Below, piece by piece: positions 47,926-61,004 of a stretch of 64,000 nucleotides of DNA (position 1 is its first letter; every line of letters starts with the position of its first letter). Below the pieces are notes generated by a model. It ran no database searches and was not told the DNA's origin. It was given only the letters and a program-made list of their open reading frames with translations. Source of the DNA: Malacoraja senta. Its lineage: Eukaryota. The stretch is taken from the NCBI GenBank assembly GCA_038087875.1, contig CM075989.1, positions 24,244,001 through 24,308,000 on the forward strand, read 5' to 3'. The translations under genes and the position numbers were made by a program.

Positions 47926-50584
47926 CACTCTGTGTCTATCTTTGTCATCAAGACACATCAGGCTGAGTTAGATGGTTCATATGTAATATCAAAGGCACCT
48001 GAGGGAATTCTGAGAACAAAGAGTTTTCAGACTACACTGCTGGACTCGGGTAACCCTTGATTGTCCAAACCTCTTGATATGTTGTGATATGCTCTAGTTA
48101 CCTCCTCGAACAAATATTCTTTATGAGATTGAATGGAGATCGTGTTTCATCTTACTCATTTTAGAAAGATCATTCATTGAAGGATTTTAAATAACTGTTG
48201 ATAATCCCCCAGCCCCTTCATATGTTGTGATATGGTTTTGCTTCAGTTGCTTCAGTTCAGACCAAATATTCTTTCATGGAGAAGGTATTTACATTTTTTC
48301 ACCTTACTCCATCCAGGCAAATAATTTATGATCGGAGTTTGTGTTTGAATAATAATTGATTATGCAATTTTGAACCTGCTAATTAAGGAGAGAGGACAGA
48401 TGTGGAAAAACAGCTGGAATAATTCCTGCAACACAAGGATTATACAGAGGGTCAACACTAACGGAAGGTTTCCTAGCAACAGTTACATCTGCAGAAAGCT
48501 GTGCTGTGAAAGCTTGATGTTTAGTGGAAGTAATTTCAAGGCAGATGTGAGAATAATAACCAGGAGGTGGTGGGCTGTGATATCCTGGTGATTTTTGTTT
48601 AATTTTAACGTTAGACCGGGAGCTTTTACTGGTCTCGTTGAGAGTTCATGTTGTTATAATTTCTACTTGTCAATTGTTATTTAGCAGGATTTCCAGCTGG
48701 GAAAATCCTCCAAATTCCAAATTTCCAAAAGACATCTGGAAGCTTTGAAAGAAGTCTTGAGTTTTGAGAGTTGGTCTGAAACAGTATTAAACCTGGTGCC
48801 TTGGCACGGTGCCAAGCCTCATGCACTGCCCTGATACACACAGTTGGTGCAACCTTTGGCCCTTACCTGCATGAGACATTGTTCACAGGCAGGTGATGAT
48901 CACATTCCTCCTCACTATTGATCTTGGCATCGGAAGGTTCCGAGGGAGAACAACATCAACATCAACAACATTTGGATTTTATTGCCTGAATAAATCTGAT
49001 GTACAGTCATGGGTGCAACAATTCTCACTTCTGTCCCACTTGAATATTAGTGATATGTAGGGGCAGTACGGTGGCACAGTGGTAGAGTTGCTGCCTCACA
49101 GCATCAGAGACCCGGGTTCCATCCTCCTTACTGAGGCAGCGACATCTGTAGATCTCTTCGATGGTGGGGAGGTCAGAACTTTTGTTCAGTGTGAATCATG
49201 GGACTCTCTCCTTTGTCTGTCTCTCAAAGCCTCCCTGTCTTTCTCCCCGCCAAAGCATCATCCCCCCCCCCACCCCCCCCCCCAATACCTCTCTGTCTTT
49301 CTCCCCACAAAGTCTCTCTGTCAACCCTCAGAGTTATTGCTGAGTTATGAGTAGCTTTAAGGCTGATCCTACCTCTCGCTACAGAGCAAGTCGCAACACT
49401 TTCTCCGCATGGTGTAGCCTAACATGAACTTGAACAATCCTAAACGTTTCTGCCATGCAGCACCCACTGATATCAAGAACTATCGCATGTTAATGAATCG
49501 TATCAGACCACATTGTAGGTCATCGGTATTTGAATTGCTTCAGCCACGTATCACTAAAATATTACATGATGATTTATATATTTACGATCTCTGAGGGGAA
49601 TAACAAAAGACTAGAATTGTTTGATTATCTGCTGCAGAAACTGTTCTTGGAAAGAAAACGTCGCGACCAGCTTTCAACTAGTCTGTCCACAAATTAGTTT
49701 CTTTCAGAGGTTTTGCCTTGATTTTTGTGTGATCTCTTACACGCAAGTTCATAACTGTTTTGCATGTCATAAACACAAATATAATTCAGGCCGATGGAGA
49801 ACCAGAGAAGGTAGGTCTAAGGTAAGGGGCGGGGGTGGGGAAACATTGAATAGGAACCTGAGGGGCGACTATTTTACACAAATAGTGGTGTTATAAGGAA
49901 CAAGGTGCCAGAGGAGGTAGTTACTATCACAACTTTTAAGAAACATATTTTACAGGTCCATGAATAGGGTTAGAGGGATATGGGCCAAATACAGGCAGGT
50001 GGGAATAGTATAGATGGGGCATGTTAGTTGGTGTGGGCAAGTTGGGCCCAAGGGCCTGTTTTCACACTCTATGACTCAATCTATTCCATCCAAATAATTC
50101 ATGTCCGTAAGTTTTAGGAGCAGAATTAGGCCATTCGGCCCATCAAGTCTACTCTGCCATTCAATCATTAAACCATTCTATCTTTCCCTCTCAACCCTAT
50201 TCTCCCTCCTTTGCTCCATAACTCCTGACACCCGCACTAATCAAGAAGGGGATCAAATTAATGAAATAGAACAGTTGGCTTAATTAATCAAATTGAACAA
50301 TCTGCTATGGATTTCTCAATTAACAAGGTAGTGGATGGATACCCTCGTGGGGTGTGATGACTATGTGTTAGTTGAAAGCAAAAGGTTCCGTTTTACAAAA
50401 AGTGAAACAAAATTAAACAGCTGACAAAGCCAGCTCTGGGTGTGAATTTCCATTCATTTATGCACTATCAATAAAAAAAATTTAAACTAGAGTTGATTAA
50501 TATCTGACTTATTTCTGGACTTAAGGAAAATGTTTCACATTGGCAGATCACCAATGTTTAATGATCTCATCAAATTCATTTCAG

Positions 50585-50742
50585 ATATAGAATCCAAAAC
50601 TCTCCAGGGACAGAGAGGGGAGCACAATCTCACGTCTCCAGGGATGTCCGTTATTGAGAACACCACGGTAGAGTTCCACAAATCCTCTGATAAGGAGGTC
50701 CTCAAGATGCAAGGTCCACTCCACGCAGATTTTATAATTAAG
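50585..50742 (+). CDS. ADAMTSL3: ADAMTSL3 coding exon (158 nt, phase 1/0): (H)IESKTLQGQRGEHNLTSPGMSVIENTTVEFHKSSDKEVLKMQGPLHADFIIK, spacer domain
   Basis: Acceptor catttcAG at 50583-84, donor GTaact at 50743. IESKTLQG and ENTTVEF match ADAMTSL3 as I recall it. Confidence 0.94.
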
Positions 50743-50788
50743 GTAACTATTTGGGTGTTTATTTAATCTTTGTGAAAAGTAAGTCACA

Positions 50789-51097
50789 GGCGCGGCACGG
50801 TGGCGTAGCGGTAGAGTTGCTGCCTTACAGCGCTTACAGCGCCAGAGACCCGGGTTCCACCCTGTCTACGGGTGCTGTCTGTACAGAGTTTGTACGTTCT
50901 CCCCGTGACCCCGTGGGTTTTCTCCCAGATCTACGGTTTCCTCCCACACTACAAAGACACACAGGTTTGTAGATTAATTGGCTTGGTGTAAATGTAAAAA
51001 TTGTCCCTAGTGGGTGTAGGATAGTGGTGATGTGTGGGGATCACTGGTCGATGTGGACTCGGTGAGCTGATGGGCCTGTATCTCTAAACTAAACTAA
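50789..51097 (+). mobile_element. V-SINE (HE1-like)
   Basis: Family consensus; starts 47 nt after an exon end. Confidence 0.85.
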
Positions 51098-51386
51098 TTT
51101 ATCACAAACGTTCCCGTAATCTCCATATCACATACTGAAGCCATTGGGAATAATCACCAATAGTGCATCATTGCATCAATGGACCTGATTGGGGAAGGTG
51201 TGTGGAGCTAAAGATAGTCAGTCTATGGAGCTCAGCAATCTGACGCTGAACTCTGAGAAGCACGATACAGATGATGGATATTTTCATAGATTCTACAGAT
51301 CACAGTGTGTTATTTAAATCAATTCCATTTATGTGGGCCCAGCTACAACTTCAGATTGGTTTAAAGTACTTCACAACCAATAACAT

Positions 51387-51610
51387 ATTAGAGATTAGAG
51401 ATTAGAGATTCCTTTATTTGTCATTCAGACCTTTCGGTCTGAACGAACTTTCGTTGCCTGCAGTCATACATATAATAATAAATAACAAAACACACAATAA
51501 ACACAAATTAACATCCACCACAGTGAGTTCACCAGGCACCTCCTCACTGTGATGGAGGCAAAAGTCTTAAAGTCTCTGTCTCTTCCCTCTGTGTTCTTCC
51601 GCTGCGCTGC
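51387..51610 (-). mobile_element. 5'-truncated copy of the 31566-32567 element
   Basis: About 190 bp nearly identical to 31575-31760; (attagag)n tail. Confidence 0.8.
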
Positions 51611-51924
51611 GCTATCTTTGAAGAGCAATTGCAGAATTTCTAAAGCATTTGATTCATGAGCTGAGAGATGTGGGGTGAAGACTAAAGTAGGATTAACATT
51701 CATGGAACTTTATGTTCTACATATTTAAATCCTATTACAGTGATTGTGCTGAACTTGACTCCAAGTTCAACTGATGCCATCCGCCTGTACCTGATCCGTA
51801 TCCCTCTATTCCCTGCGCTTCCACGTGTCTATCTAAAAGCCTCTTAAACACCACTATCGTATCTTCAAGGTGAATATCAGATCAGGCCTCATTTAGAAAT
51901 TAGATTTCTAAAAGGTTAAAGAAA

Positions 51925-52215
51925 GTGGCAAGGTGGCACAGAGGTAGAGTTACTGCCTCACAGTGCCAAGGACCCAGGTTTGATCCTGATTACCTGTGCT
52001 GTCTGTTCAGAGTTTGTACGTTCTCCCTATGACCACATGGCTTTTGACCACATGGTTCCCTCCCACATTCCAAAGGTGTACAGATTTGTGGGTTAATTGG
52101 CTTCTGTAAATTGTGTATTGTCCTTCGTGTGTAGAACAGTGCTAGTGTACGGGGTGATCACTGGTTTGCAAGGACTCGGTGGGCCGAAGGGCCTTTTTCC
52201 ACACTGTATTTCTAA
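51925..52215 (+). mobile_element. V-SINE (HE1-like)
   Basis: Family consensus. Confidence 0.8.
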
Positions 52216-52391
52216 CGTCTCAAGAATTATTGTAGTACGAATGATATTATTACATGTGCTATCACAAGATCAATGATACACGTCCTGTGATAATCATCAG
52301 TGTGTGGCTCCAGAAACTAATGTGCAAAGAATATAGAGTCTGTCCCTCAAGCCTGGTCCGTTAACTCAATCAATTCAGAGCTGATGTCTTA

Positions 52392-52688
52392 AGGGCCTGT
52401 TCCACTTGGCGACTGCGACAGGGACTGCCGGCGTCATTTTTCGGCGACTGCCGGCGTCGTTTATTGAAATATCAGGGTCACCGAAAGATTTTGAAGATTT
52501 TGAAGATTTTGAAGATTTCAAAATGCAGCGGCGACAAAAAAAATGTTGCGACACTTGAGGAAACACCACGCGGCAATACGTCGTCACGCCGTGTCACGCC
52601 ACGTCATGCCGCAACTTTTTCGGTGACCTGATATGTCAGTCAATGATGCCGACAGTCGCCGAAAAAATCGCCAAGTGGGGCAGGCCAT
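52392..52688. mobile_element. PIF/Harbinger-like MITE with TTA TSD
   Basis: tta|agggcctgttccacttggcga ... tcgccaagtggggcaggccat|tta; contains an internal (gaagatttt)n expansion. Confidence 0.82.
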
Positions 52689-52744
52689 TTAACTAACTCC
52701 GTTTACTTTCTCTGCCTTATATCCACGAATATCTTTGATTAATG

Positions 52745-53095
52745 TCAAGTCAAGTCACATTTATTTATATAGCACATTTAAAAAACAACTCTCGTTGGCC
52801 AAAGTGCTTTACATTTGTTATAAGAATAGCACAAACAAAACAAACTACATACATATATACATGTAGCCCTCATTCAGAGGACGTCAGGAAAGGCTTGGGA
52901 GTATAGATAAGTCTTTAGTCTTGACTTAAAAGAGTCGATGGAGGGGGCAGTTCTGATGGGAAAGGGGATGCTGTTCCACAGTCTAGGGGCTGCAACCGCA
53001 AAGGCGCGGTCGCCCCTGAGCTTATGCCTAGACCGTGGGATATTCAGCAACCCCAAGTCGGCCGATCTAAGGGGCCTGGAGGTGGAGTGGTGGGT
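52745..53095 (-). mobile_element. L2-clade LINE 3' fragment
   Basis: RPLRSADLGLLNIPRSRHKLRGDRAFAVAAPRLWNSIPFPIRTAPSIDSFKSRLKTYLY, then tgctatataaataaa and (tgact)n tail. Confidence 0.85.
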
Positions 53096-53395
53096 GAGTC
53101 TCTCAATCTCATATCTAAAAATAACAAGTGACTTCACATCAATTACCATTCAGGGAAGGAAGTTCCAAGTGGTGCATATTGTTTTATTACATAATCTTTT
53201 CCTATTATTAGATCATCTTTTCTGTATAGTTCAACCCTTAAACTCCAAGGATTGCTCTATTAAAATATTAAATTTAACTGGATTTCCCCTCCAGTTAAAT
53301 AGCCCTTAGTTCGGGGATTGTAAATACTATATTTGTGTCTGACTAAAGTTTTATATCAATTAAAAAAAAAAAAATTTGTGACTTCAAATTTCCTT

Positions 53396-53592
53396 ATGTG
53401 TTGGAAGGAACTGCAGATGCTGGTTTACACCGAAGATAGACATAAGATGCCGGAGTAACTCAGCGAGACAGGCAACATCTCTGGATGGAAGGAATGGCTG
53501 ACGGTTTGGGTCGAGACCCTTCTTCGGACTGAAACGTCACCCATTCCTTCTATCCAGAGATGCTGCGTGTCCCCTGAGTTACTCCAGCATTC
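53396..53592. repeat. Inverted pair of Penelope-derived repeats
   Basis: Minus copy then a truncated plus copy starting at gaaacgtc. Confidence 0.8.
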
Positions 53593-54889
53593 TGATTTCC
53601 TTTTATTTGGATATTAAGGCATCTCCCTTATCCTTTTTGATTATTTTTGTATCCGTCCCGACAGGATCCGCATATCTGATTGGATCTTCTTGGGATGGAA
53701 TTAAATGCACTGTTGCTTCCACGACGTACATATAGTGATTGCATACAACATGAAGTAAATAAATGGGTTTTATCATAGACCCTCAGCCCAATTGCCTAAC
53801 TTGATGCCAAGTTAAACCAATCTCACCTGCCTGTACATGATCCATATCCCTCCATTCCCTGCACTTCATGCGTCTATCTAAAAGCCTCTTCAACACCACT
53901 ATTGTATCTGCCTCCACCACCACCCCTGGCAGTGTGATCCAGGCCCCCACCACCCTCTGTGTTATAACAACTTGCCCCGTACATCTCCATTAAACTCTAC
54001 ACCCCTGCCCCCTAGTGTTGGACATTTCCACCCTGGGACTGCCTACCCCCCTCGATGCCTCTCATGATTTTATAAACTTCTATCGAGACTCCCCCTCAAT
54101 TCCAGAGAAAGTGCCAGAGTTTTCTCGATCAAATGCTTCTTAATATCATCTCCAATTTCTTTTCTCACACATTCTAGTTCATAAATTGTTCCCCGTTAGA
54201 TAAGTAAACACTTTTAATCTCTGCGAACTTTAGAATGCAGATAAACTCTGACACAAATCTGCAGTTGCATGTGACTTGGCTGAAGAACGTTGCCCCTTGT
54301 AGATACAAGACAGATCTAGTACATGTGTCCAAACATTCGTGTTATTGCTTGCTTAAGGAGTTAGAATACAACAAGTAAACAGCGTTTGTTATTGAGTTTA
54401 GCAGAACCAAAAGAGGAAACCTTGCATTAAAAATATAAAATGCAATTGCCTTGTGCCAAATAAAATGTATATGAAATAGTCCATTTGTGCTCTGAGGGTC
54501 TTTCAGGTTTCTGTATAAACATTAATATGCTCTAATTCATCTTGATGTACTCTGATCTAAATGAATAGGATGTTTAGCATTGAACCACGTTAAGTGAATA
54601 GCTTCATTGTCATAATATTTTTATAATAACATGAACTTTCAACATTTAGTTTTCACTATTGATTTCTTCAAATGGATTTACTGCGGTATTGGCAATTCTG
54701 TTGTATCGTGTATTGTGCAACGGGGAAAAAAAGTCAAATAATCTCTTTTCCCTTGTCATCAATACCTCCAGACTCAATATTTTATATTTGCGTAATTAAA
54801 TCTCCAGACCTTTCACAATAACTCTCTCTTTGCCAACGTAGATTTAAAAAACTTTTCACACTTTCCCAGCCTTTTTCCCATCTGTAGTT

Positions 54890-54945
54890 TCTCTCCCCCT
54901 CATCTACCTCTCCCTCTCTCTCTCTCTCTCGCTCTCTCGCTCTCT
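54890..54945. repeat. (CT)n microsatellite
   Basis: ctctctctct run. Confidence 0.85.
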
Positions 54946-56134
54946 GGAACATTATTCTCTTTCCACTCATAAGGACAATTTATCTGCATCTTTTCATTCA
55001 TCTGTCTCTTCATCTTTCCATTACATTTTGTGACCTCTACTTTCCATTTTTTTGACGCTAATCCTCAGAGAATCCTCTTCCGAGCGCATTTTTGCTTCTC
55101 TTACTCATTTCCTTTGGTCTCACCAATGGAAACAGAGAGCACCTTTAGGTCCCAACTCTTAGTTAAAGCAATAATATTTCCCTCTCTTTGGGCAAGAGGG
55201 AGCGAGTGGTGCTGACTGTTTGGAAGCATTAGCTGGAGTAGATTTTACATAGTGTTCCTTTATTAACCATTTCCGTGGCTTACTCTAAGGGTATTCGACA
55301 TGGACGAGATGTGGACTCGTTAGTTGAGAGAGGAAACTGGCAGGTAACAGACAGCTCCCATGCTGAAGAACTCTAAATTAGCTCTGGCTGAATAGAGTTA
55401 TTTGTGAATCGAGACGGCTTCATTTAATCTATTAATTAAGATATTGCAAAATTAAATCCTCATTCCCATTCAAAACCTCATAAGTTCCAGGAGCAGAATT
55501 AAACCGTTTGGCCCATCAAGTCTATTCCGCCATTCATTCATGGATGATCTATCTTTCCCTCAAAGTGCTGGAGTAACTCAGCGGGTCAGGCAGCATCTCT
55601 GGAGAACATGGAACTACATTGAACTGTAGCATTCCTGTAATTCCGAAGGTTTACCTGAAGCATTGGTTCAGACCAGGTCACTTGGGTAGAGTGAGAATGT
55701 TGGTAGATGAGAACTAACAGATATGTGTCACATGAGCATCTTGAGATTTTCACTTGTGAACCATTATTTTTATTTTGTGACAATCAAAGGCAGAGTCGAG
55801 TTTGATTGGCCATCTTTTACAATAGGTATCCAATAACTAGATAAGGTGACAGTGGTGATTCAGCTAATATTTTACAGTACAGGTAGATCTGCTGTAACGT
55901 GAGTTACATTCCTAGGAAACCTCACCCTATAGAAAATCATGTTATAAAAACAATTGTGTCAATGGTTTGTAGGTTAATTGGTTTCTGTAAATTGCCCCTA
56001 GTGTGTTGGATGAGATAACATGGAGCAGTGATTGATGGTCGGCATGGACCCGGAGGGGCCGAAGGGCCTGTTTCTACGCTGTCTCTCTGAACTAAAAACT
56101 AATTAAGTAATGCTCAATTCTAAACTGGCTCATT

Positions 56135-56398
56135 AGATTAGTTTAGAGATACAGCACGGAAACAGGTCCTTCGGCCCACCGAGCCTGCACTGCCCAGCGA
56201 TCCCTGCACATTAACACTATCCTACACACACTAGGGACAATTAGCCTACAAACCTGTACGTCTGGAGTGTGGGAAGAAAGTGTAGATCTCGGAGAAAACC
56301 CACGCAGGTGGCGGGGAGAATGTACAAACTCCGTACAGACAGAACCCGTAGTAAGCTCTGTAAGGCAGCAAGTCCACTGCTGAGCCACCATGGTGCCC
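56135..56398 (-). mobile_element. V-SINE (HE1-like), tail-to-tail with a plus-strand SINE tail at ~55963-56100
   Basis: Family consensus. Confidence 0.8.
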
Positions 56399-57967
56399 CT
56401 GACTGACGTAATTTTACTTAAGCCTCACATTTTTGAGGTCCTTTCCAACATTCACTTGCAGCGAGGAATTTTGTTGCCTTTTCCCCAGTGCTGCTCCCCA
56501 TCAAATCTTCCCTGCCCCTAATTTAACGCATTCACTTTTGATTTTACTAACTGCAGCAATCTCGATCATTACCTAAGTAGTAAAAGTAAGGAACCTGAAG
56601 CTGAGTGGAGGCATTAAACAATCATTGTAAATATCCTGTGCTTATACATGAAACATAAGATCAGGAGGAAATTGCATTAGCAGTTGGTTCAGCATGAACA
56701 AACTCCAGTGAACTTTCATTCCTCTTTTCAAATTGGCATCTAAACCTCTGACTTTGAATTTCCTCTCCTGGCAATATCAAGCTACGCTTTACTAAGTATA
56801 AATCAAATGATTTTCCAAAATGGTATTAAATGGGATTTAGAATATACCATATGCTGTGATGCGAATGCAGGTTGAGAAATACTTCAGGTTAAACTCCAGA
56901 TTGCAGCATGCCTTAAGACGTGAGAAATGGCATGTTCAAGGTGAAGGGAGCCTCTGCTATTAACTTTGTGTAAATGGAGTCAAGGAATTTTCTTTTAGAA
57001 GCAGACGTACCAAATCCACTCAAGGCAGAAGGAATCTGTTGACTTCCACAAGACAAAGGGGCAGCTCGCTGGTGCAGTTAGTCGAGCTGCTGACACACAC
57101 TCCCAGCGACCCAGGTTCAATCCTGACCTCGGGTGCTGTCTGTTTGTGGTTTGCACCTTCTCCCTGTGACCACATGGGTTCCCTCCAGGTGCTTCAGTTT
57201 CCTCCCACATCCTAAAGACGTGCGGGCTGCTAGAATTATAGGCTACTGCAAACTGCTTTGGTGTGCAGATGAGTGGTAGAATCTGGAGGGGAGATAGAGT
57301 CATACAGCAAGGAAAAAGTCCCTTCAGCCCAACCTACCCATGCCGACCAAGATGCCCCAACTACACTAGTCCCACTTGCCTGCATTTGGCCCATATCCTT
57401 CTCAACCTTTCCAACCCATGTACCTGCCCAAAAGTTGTGTCGATATCCTAAGGGCAGGAACGTAATCAACGCGAGCTGATGACCACACTTGTTGGGTCTT
57501 CCTCGTTCATGGGAAATAATTGCAGTTCCTGATACCAACCATGATGGTGGTTCCGTGGGTCAGCAGCATCTGGTGGTGGTGCGGGGTGGACACATGCCCA
57601 TCCATCAGTGGACATCTAAGAGCATCACAGACCTGTTATTGCTCATCTTGTGTGGCTGTCTAGGTTTATTTTGAAGGAAGATAGACACAGTAAGCTGGAG
57701 TAAGCCAGCGAGTCAGACAGCATCTCTGGAGTGAAGATATAGGTGACGTTTTGGGTGGAGACCCTTGGTTATCCTAAACCAGCGCCTGCAGTTCCTTCCT
57801 GCTAATTTTCAGGGGTGTTTTTTGAGGGTTGGATGGTGACCAGGACGTGGTGGGTTGGTGGGACCATTCTCCAGATCTTCCGTCTGTTAAGTCGAGCCAT
57901 GAGATGTGGCAAGGAACTCATTTTATTTTTCATCCAGGATGATGACGTACCTGCGATCTCCTCCAAG

Positions 57968-58061
57968 TCTGAAGAAGGGTTCCGGCCCGAAACGTTACCT
58001 ATTTCCTTCGCTCCATAGATGCTGCTGCACCCGCTGAGTTTCTCCAGCATTTTTGTGTACC
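57968..58061 (+). mobile_element. 94-nt Penelope-derived hammerhead-bearing mini-element with a 12-bp target-site duplication
   Basis: Direct repeat atctcctccaag at 57956-57967 and 58062-58073. Nearly identical to 19172-19268. Confidence 0.85.
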
Positions 58062-58295
58062 ATCTCCTCCAAGAGGTCTGGAATGTGCTCAGTCTTCAAT
58101 GGTGAAACGTCCATCTGGTTCGATGAACCAGTTTTCAGGGCAGACCACAAGTAAAAGAAAGACAACAACATCAGTATAGTTCCAGTGTAAACAAGCTGGT
58201 TTCATCTCTGAAATTCAGAATACTGCCCTGAATGAATGGATAAGGAAATCTCAGTTGCCCTGAGGTGCTAGTTCTTTATCAATGTCTGAGGCTTT

Positions 58296-58748
58296 GAAGA
58301 TAGACACAGAGTGCTGGAGTAACCCAGCGGGTGAGGCAGCATCTGTGGAGAACATGGATAGGTGGCGTTTCAGGTCACGACCCTTCTTCAGACTGATTGT
58401 AGGGGGTGGGGGGGGGGGGTAGGGAGAGAAGAGAGGGGGGGGGGAAATGGAGGTGAAAAAAAATCAGGACAGATCATGGGTGGCAACAGATGACCTCAGG
58501 CAAGGAGATTCCCTGATAGGCAAATTGTTGGCTGGAGATAGCTATGAGCCCATGAGGGACACATACTTTAGTTGCGAACTGTGGAACTGGTCCCTGGACT
58601 TTAAGAGGTGGGAGGAGGGGGGGTGGGGGGGAGAGGGAGAGGAAGAGGAAGAGGGAGGGGAGCGTTTGTCAAAGTTACCTAAAATTGGAGAATTCAGTGT
58701 TTCGTACCATTAGGTTGTAAGCTGGCCAAGTGAAATATGAGGTGCTGA
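58296..58748 (-). mobile_element. Penelope-like 3' fragment (GIY-YIG C-terminus, UTR and repeat)
   Basis: The reverse strand reads QHLIFHLASLQPNG...EFSNFR*, like the ORF end at 37226, followed by the family 3' repeat. Confidence 0.75.
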
Positions 58749-58800
58749 CATTTTATATAATTGCGTTTCAAGGATGTTCTTTTTTCCTCTAATTGTCCAG

Positions 58801-58912
58801 ACTAGGTACGTATCATCAAGGGACAGTGTGGTACAGTTCATGTTCTATCAACCCATCAGCCATCAGTGGAGAGAGACCGATTTCTATCCCTGCACTGTGA
58901 CCTGTGGTGGAG
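58801..58912 (+). CDS. ADAMTSL3: ADAMTSL3 coding exon (112 nt, phase 0/1): TRYVSSRDSVVQFMFYQPISHQWRETDFYPCTVTCGG, end of spacer and start of TSR2
   Basis: Acceptor ttgtccAG at 58799-800, donor GTaaca at 58913. Contains the TSR motif CTVTCGGG. Confidence 0.95.
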
Positions 58913-58962
58913 GTAACACTTTATTTCAAACACTGTATATGTATTGTCAGCTTTTTGCATAA

Positions 58963-59187
58963 AGGGCCTGTCCCACTTGGTGATTTTTTCGGCGACTGCC
59001 GGCAACATTGACTGACGTATCAGATCACCGTAAACTTTACGACGTGATGACGTTTGACGTGCGGTGTTTTTTCAAGTGTCGCAATATTTTTTTTGTCGCC
59101 GCTGGATTTTGAAATGTTCAAAATCTTTTGGCGACACTGATATGACGCCGGCAATCGCCGAAAAAATCGCCAAGTTGGAGAGGTCCT
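58963..59187. mobile_element. PIF/Harbinger-like MITE with TAA TSD
   Basis: taa|agggcctgtcccacttgg ... ccaagttggagaggtcct|taa; same family as 52392-52688 in the opposite orientation. Confidence 0.82.
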
Positions 59188-59429
59188 TAAAGTTGTGTCC
59201 AAAGCATTGTTGCTGTCCTGCCTTTTTTTTGCCAGGTTTTAGTGTCCGCCATCCTGAAGTGCTGACACTTTCATACACAACTTGGAGACCAATCTCCAGT
59301 CTTCCCATGTTGAGAAAAGTTCACCTGTGCCCATGGTGGTCAGTTATAGCCTCACCAATCCATTGTGATCTTATACACAGCTAGATCACTCCTCATCCTC
59401 TTGCTTACCTGCGCTCCAAGGAATTCAGC

Positions 59430-59968
59430 GAATTGTGGACGCAGCCCAGACCATCACACAAACCAACCTCCCTTCCATTGACTCCATTCATACCTCAGGC
59501 TGCCTTGGCAAGGCCAGCAACATAATCAAGATACCAGTCGCACCCTGGTCATTCCCTCTTCTCCCCTCTCCCATCGGGCAAGAGGTACAGAGGTGTGAAA
59601 ACGCACACCTCCAGATTCAGGGAACAGTTTCTTCCTGGCTGTTATCAGCCATGATCATATTGAATGGCGGTGCAGGCTCGAAGGGCCAAATGGCCTACTC
59701 CTGCACCTATTTTCTATGTTTCTATGTAACTGAATCATCCTACCACCAACTAGAGTTGAACTACTATCTACCTCATTGGTGACGCTCGGACTATCTTTGA
59801 TCAGACTTTACTGGCTTTACCTTGCACTAAACGTTATTCCCTGGTCGTGAATCTGTTCATTGTGAATGGATTGTTTGTAATCATGTATGGTCTTTCCGCT
59901 GCTGGTTAACACGCAACAAAAGCTTTTCACTGTACCTCGGTACACGTGACAATAAACTAAACTGACTG
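59430..59968 (+). mobile_element. Rex1/Babar-clade LINE 3' fragment with a small CR1 tail inserted (~59645-59727)
   Basis: AAQTITQTNLPSIDSIHTSGCLGKASNIIK then, frameshifted, HPGHSLFSPLPSGKRYR. Tail gtacctcggtacacgtgacaataaactaaact. The same tail recurs at about 6180, 11250, 25450, 26290, 35705, 36400, 38650, 45615, 46060, 46510 and 61895. Confidence 0.82.
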
Positions 59969-60065
59969 ACCTAAAGTCTTAGCTTGCTCATCGTCTCCCT
60001 ATAGCCCCGGCTCTTGAGTCCTGGCAACATCCTGGTAAATCTTCTCTACACTCTTTCCAGTGTAA

Positions 60066-60420
60066 TGATAGATAGATAGATAGATAGAATCTTTATTTGC
60101 CACACGACCAGGGTTGGTGGTATTTGGGTTTGGTACATGATGGTACATGATAGTCACATTAACACTAATAACAACACAGATCATAGTAATAAAGTGCATC
60201 CATACCACATCACAAATGATTCGTTGTTGTCTGAGATGAGGCCAATTATTGTTGTGTCGTCTGCATATTTGAAAATTTTGACTGAGCTGCATTGGGATGT
60301 GAGGTTGTTGGTGTAAAGTGAGAAGAGCTGAGGTGACAGAACGCACCCTTGTGGGGCTCCTGTGTTGAGAGTCAGAGGGCTGGAGAGTTTTTCACCCACC
60401 TTGACTCTTTGCTGTCTGTT
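60066..60420 (-). mobile_element. Rex1/Babar-like LINE reverse-transcriptase fragment joined directly to a 3' tail
   Basis: SSPLTLNTGAPQGCVLSPQLFSLYTN...KIFKYADDTTIIGLISDNNES, then aataaag and a (tcta)n tail. Confidence 0.82.
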
Positions 60421-60490
60421 TGTCTGATGGGATCTGGATTTGCAAGATTTGTAATAATTCAGATTGCAGGAGGGTGTGTTTGATACGAAT

Positions 60491-60780
60491 GGGTCGGCAC
60501 GGTGGCGCAGCGGTAGAGTTGCTGCCTCACAGCGCCAGGGACCCGGGTTCCATCCTGACTACGGGTGCTGTCTGTACCGAGTTTGTACATTCTCCCCGTG
60601 ACCGTGTGGAATTTCTCTGTGTGTTCCTCCCACACTCCAAAGACGTGCGGGTTTGCAGGTTAATTGGCTTCTGTTTCGTGTCCCTGGTGTGTGGGATAGA
60701 ACTAGTGTACGAGTGATTGCTGGTCGGTACGGACGTGCTGGGCCGAAGGACCCGTTTCCACACTGTGCCTGTAAACTAAA
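60491..60780 (+). mobile_element. V-SINE (HE1-like)
   Basis: Family consensus. Confidence 0.85.
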
Positions 60781-60852
60781 TGTACACAAAGCTGAATGTG
60801 TTTGCCTGCTGTGTGCCTGTGTAACTGGTGCGTTGTCTCCGTGTGTTTGCAG

Positions 60853-60991
60853 GGTACCAGCTCAGCTCTGCCGAGTGTGTGGACACACGATCAGGCCGCG
60901 TCGTTCCCGACCACTCCTGCAACTACTACCCCGAAAATAAAAAGCCCAAGCCCAAACTGCAGGAGTGCAACATGGACCACTGCCCATCCAG
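60853..60991 (+). CDS. ADAMTSL3: ADAMTSL3 coding exon (139 nt, phase 1/2): (G)YQLSSAECVDTRSGRVVPDHSCNYYPENKKPKPKLQECNMDHCPS, TSR2
   Basis: Acceptor tttgcAG at 60851-52, donor GTgcgt at 60992. YYPEN.KPKPKL.EC is characteristic of ADAMTSL1/3. Confidence 0.95.
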
Positions 60992-61004
60992 GTGCGTCTC
61001 ATAC

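Noticed and set aside
60491..60560. tRNA genes suggested by box A/box B heads (many copies)
   Set aside because: They continue into the V-domain and LINE tail and lack a proper acceptor stem, so they are SINE heads.
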